DNA of 64,000 nt, taken from the NCBI GenBank assembly GCA_030141605.1, contig JAQGDQ010000006.1, positions 434,001 to 498,000 of the forward strand, given 5' to 3'. This document shows, piece after piece, positions 60,131 through 64,000 of this stretch (position 1 is the first letter of the stretch; every line of letters begins with the position of its first letter). Position numbers and translations under genes: made by a program. Source of the stretch: Tubiluchus corallicola. Its lineage: Eukaryota; Animalia; Priapulida. The notes under the pieces are model-generated. The model made no database searches. It was given only the letters and a program-made list of their open reading frames with translations, and was not told the DNA's origin.

Positions 60131-63100
60131 TTACAAATCGAGTACTTTTTGGAAGCTTGCTCCTTTAGTTATGATAATATCATCGTATGCTCCATTCTGG
60201 TTAACGTCAATAGCAGCTTGTTTCTTGAGTACTAACAACATGTAGAACTTTGATGCTGCTTGCTTCCGTGTGTTTTTTCTTGTTATTTCTATAAAACTGG
60301 CCTCATCCTATACATATATATACACAACAGTAGTTAGATTAGAAATGTGACTGTAAGCAATATTTTCTAACAAAAATGTCGAGGACCTGGCAATGAAAAG
60401 TTTTAATTTTATTTCCATAATGTAGTACACAGTCGAATCTCGAGATGATGCATTTTGGATGTTAACAAAATTCGGTAGCATGGTAATGTCCCAAAGTTGT
60501 ATCAATATATTTACATGTGAATAACCACTCAGTACTATGTCTTAGGATTTTATTCTGACATTCCTTACCTGATCTTTTAATGCTCTATGTAGCGTGTAAA
60601 GCATTTGCTGAGATCGTTTGTTCCACCGTCGTTCCTCAAACTGTTCAATATTCTCGCCTTCTTCTTGCTGCAAGTTTTCAACTTCTTCTGGTGGCTAAAT
60701 ACAAAATGTCATCAGTGACACAACACAGCACAAATGGTTGGATCTAATCAGATAATGAAACCACTATGTTGAAAATATAAGCAGAAAACAGCTAACTAAA
60801 TTCCCAGTTAAAGTTAAAAACATTGCTAATGCTCATGTAACACTACCTGAGGAGTTTTTGGTGACAAATCTTTTTCCCTATCCTCATCTATAGGTCCAGG
60901 TGTGAAAGGTGTTATAGGTCCACCAGGTGTGACAGGATCATCGTACTGATCAATGTGCTGTTGCGGATGCTCATCAGGTGGTGCCAAATTAACTAATTCA
61001 GGGTGGTGTTGTTCCAGTTGCTCCGCGGCATGTGCAGGTGTCGCTACTTCAGTGAGTGCCAATGGAGGTTCCTCTAATCTAGACTCTTGCTCTCTGACAT
61101 GTGAGAAATCTGAAACCATAACAACAATTAGCTCAAGAGTACAATAGTATGTTTGAAGAAGTCATACTTCATTAGAATAAAACCACAAAAAAATGACAAC
61201 AACTGGCATAAGTAGACCCAACATACTTATTTGTCATTAGACAATGATTCATGTTACATCTGCCACACTTTAAAATGTACAAAGTCAACACAACAAGGCA
61301 CAATTTGACCACTATGCAATATTAAACACAATGTAAAATTTTGTAGACTCGTCTAAAACTTTGGCATTCATGTTTCCTGTCTGATGTCTAGTATTAGAAC
61401 AGCGGACACAAAAGGTGCAGTCCTGCTGGAACTCACGACTGCTCCTCTGACACCTCTCTAAAGGATTTATTGAAATGATGAAATAATAGTTGTTGTCCTT
61501 AACAGTTTAACAAGCAACGTTAGGGTGCCAGTCGTATTATAATCCTACCGTAATGCTCTCAAGTCTTTGGAATGCATTTTCATCGAATAGTACAGCTAGT
61601 GTAACACATATGTAGATTTACTTTTCCAAAAAATAGCAGAGTTTTTGTTTATTTGAAAAATCTTCTAAATATTGGAGAACTAAAACTAGCGGTAGTAATT
61701 CGTTGATATGGTTTTGATAATGGAAGTCAATAATAAGCAGCATACAGGCTGTTGCTTTGCCACTTGATGCTGTCACTGTATAATTAGTGACCATACTAAC
61801 CAGCTTGCAGCTAGAAAAAGTGACAAAAGGCCAAATGGCAGATTATTATTAATCTGAGTTATCTTAGTTCATTAGGTTTATTGTATAGCAGGTAAATTTG
61901 ACAGAATTTTACATTAAAATCTTTTTCCCAACGAAATACGACAGTATTCAAGACTGTTTCATGCGACCAGCTTAGCTAAAGAAAATTACCCATTAAATTA
62001 CCTAAATTTTAAATTTGAGCACAACATAAAAAAATAAAGCAAATAATTTAACTAACTGATTTCGCACTAGTAATTAAATTAGGACGTCTTGACGATGTTT
62101 TTCAAACTACATCATTCAGTTAACACTAGTGACAGGGCAGAAATCCACTGCATGAGACACAAGACAGTAATTTAGAAAAGAACTTCAGATCTCATATCCA
62201 CACAGTTTCAAGCACCTTGAAATATAGCACTGTGCCTCTAACATCAACCGCATCAACAAATCATATTTGCATAGTTCGCTTAAATGGCACATTGACGAAT
62301 AATGATTGTGTGAGGTTTGAGTTTGCATGTCAGGCCAAAGCTAAAAAGGTAACATTGTAAACACCTTTCACAATCATAAGTGAACGCTAGCATTAAAGAA
62401 GTCACCTTTCTCAGTTAAATCTGCCTCTCTCTGCAATTCCTTCTCCAGCTCCAATCGATCCTCTACTGGTATTTCATGATCAAATTCATCTTCAAATATT
62501 GCTTTTGTTACCAAATTTCTTGTAAAAAGCTGAAGCACAGATAATAAATGAAAGATGAAACCACCATAGTACGTATATTACAAATAATCCGAATGGAAAT
62601 TGCTATAAGAAGCAAGGTCAAAGTAATACTAACAAGGGTTAATTTCGTGATTACAACTATAACTCACATCATTTTTTTAAATGAACACAATTTGTGAAAA
62701 AAATGCTTTCAAATCACAATAATAAAATTACCCCCCTCCCGTTATTCAAAGACACTCCAAGCAACAATATATGTATAAAAAACACAACAGCACATTATAA
62801 AACCCCACTTTAGTTTGTCGCTTTTATATTTATGAATACATAACATCCATACCATGTAATGCATGCAATGTAAATACAGGAATATCAGCATATTTTAATG
62901 CAAATTAATAATTGTTGCCCAAATGAATGCAGTAAGTGTTGGATAATATTATTAATATATGTCAGGCTTAATCAGAACAAGATGCAGGAATTCTTGAAAA
63001 CAAATAACAAGTCTTGGAATTGCAGAGATGTATAATAAAATCAGATCTTTCAAAAAGTATATGTTTTCATATAGGGAGTGTTATTGCACTGATAAGTGTT

Positions 63101-63956
63101 CTCAGGTTTTTAAGCAGTTCTCATAAACCTTTTTTTCTTATTAAAATTAATTACCTTTGCCAAAGCTCTGGAATGTAATGCCCGACCAGGCAGAGCAAAC
63201 AGCTTCTCCACACCACCAGTTTCTTTCCAATGCATTAACTTCTTGGTGGGTGGTGCAAGATCAAGGGTTGTAACAATATCTGATGTATCAGACAACTGTG
63301 CTCGCATATCATCACCATCAATCCCTTTAATTTCATCAATAACAAGTTTTCTTTTCCGTTTTACACGTACTCTTTCATTGCCTGCAACAGAATAAAAAAC
63401 TGTACACCACAAAATGAAATAAAATAAGAGAAACTACACTTCTAAAAATGTCACCTACATGCCCAGTTGAAAACTGCACATGCGTAATATTAAATTCTTA
63501 TTCAATATTGATTAGCTCTACTGCAGAGTCACAAATTATTTGTGATCAAAGCTATCAATTTATGAAAAAATGTCTAATTAAAAGGCTAGCAATTAGCTCA
63601 TAAGCTAATTAGCAAAACTGTTATAACTAATCTAGCGAAAGATTCATATACCACACTGTTTTACTATAAAATACTTACAAGCATTTATAGTGGCTTATGC
63701 TAAATAAAAAAGTTAAACTTTGCTATACCAAGAACATTAGTTGCATCAAGAGGTTCCAAAGTAAAGGCTTCTTCTTCATTCTGAATAAGGGTAGTTTGAT
63801 CTCCTTGTTCATGTTCTTCAGCTTGTGCTCCACCAGTTTCACGTACCATTCCACTGCGATCCCCAAATGGAATTTGTGTTTGTGCTTGAGGTGGTGGAGG
63901 CACAAAGGGCTGTGTTGAAGGGCCAGGTCTACTGGAGTCATCATCGTGTGCAGCAG
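60131..63956 (-). CDS. RAD21: Cohesin kleisin subunit RAD21/SCC1, 3' part (5' exons lie beyond the window); exons 63956-63729, 63381-63155, 62529-62406, 61109-60847, 60694-60569, 60307-60131
   Basis: [81 protein letters not shown] and the C-terminal winged helix [26 protein letters not shown]. Phases are consistent. Confidence 0.97.
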
Positions 63957-64000
63957 CTAAATTAAAAAAAGAAAATGCAAAATGAGGTGTAATTTTATTT

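Noticed and set aside
16860-63956. Functional cluster of chromosome-biology genes (YEATS4, HOP2, RAD21)
   Set aside because: Unrelated genes are interspersed and there is no evidence of co-regulation. The proximity is plausibly chance.
21230-63956. Minor-spliceosome (U12) introns
   Set aside because: None of the reconstructed donors match RTATCCTT. All are ordinary GT-AG.

Overview
AT-rich eukaryotic (invertebrate animal-like) genomic DNA with GT-AG spliceosomal introns. It is not prokaryotic and has no CRISPR array. Six protein-coding genes were reconstructed by reading splice sites and frames by hand: YEATS4/GAS41 (-, intronless CDS), HOP2/PSMC3IP (+, 9 coding exons, divergent from YEATS4), ABITRAM/FAM206A (-, 5 exons), LRRC34 (+, intronless), a pyrroline-5-carboxylate reductase (+, 6 exons) and the 3' part of RAD21 (-, 6 exons, running off the right edge). 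The rest is transposon debris: CR1/L2-type, RTE and R4-like LINEs, pogo/Tigger, hAT and Kolobok-like MITEs, MULE and piggyBac remnants, and SINEs. There is also a 37-bp satellite and a ~2.6-kb tandem segmental duplication. The most unusual observations are a candidate spliced 52-codon upstream ORF in the YEATS4 leader, a tRNA-like cassette enclosed by terminal inverted repeats, the duplication ending just upstream of intronless LRRC34, and a young RTE insertion with an intact frame and target-site duplication. All family assignments come from motif recognition, not database searches.
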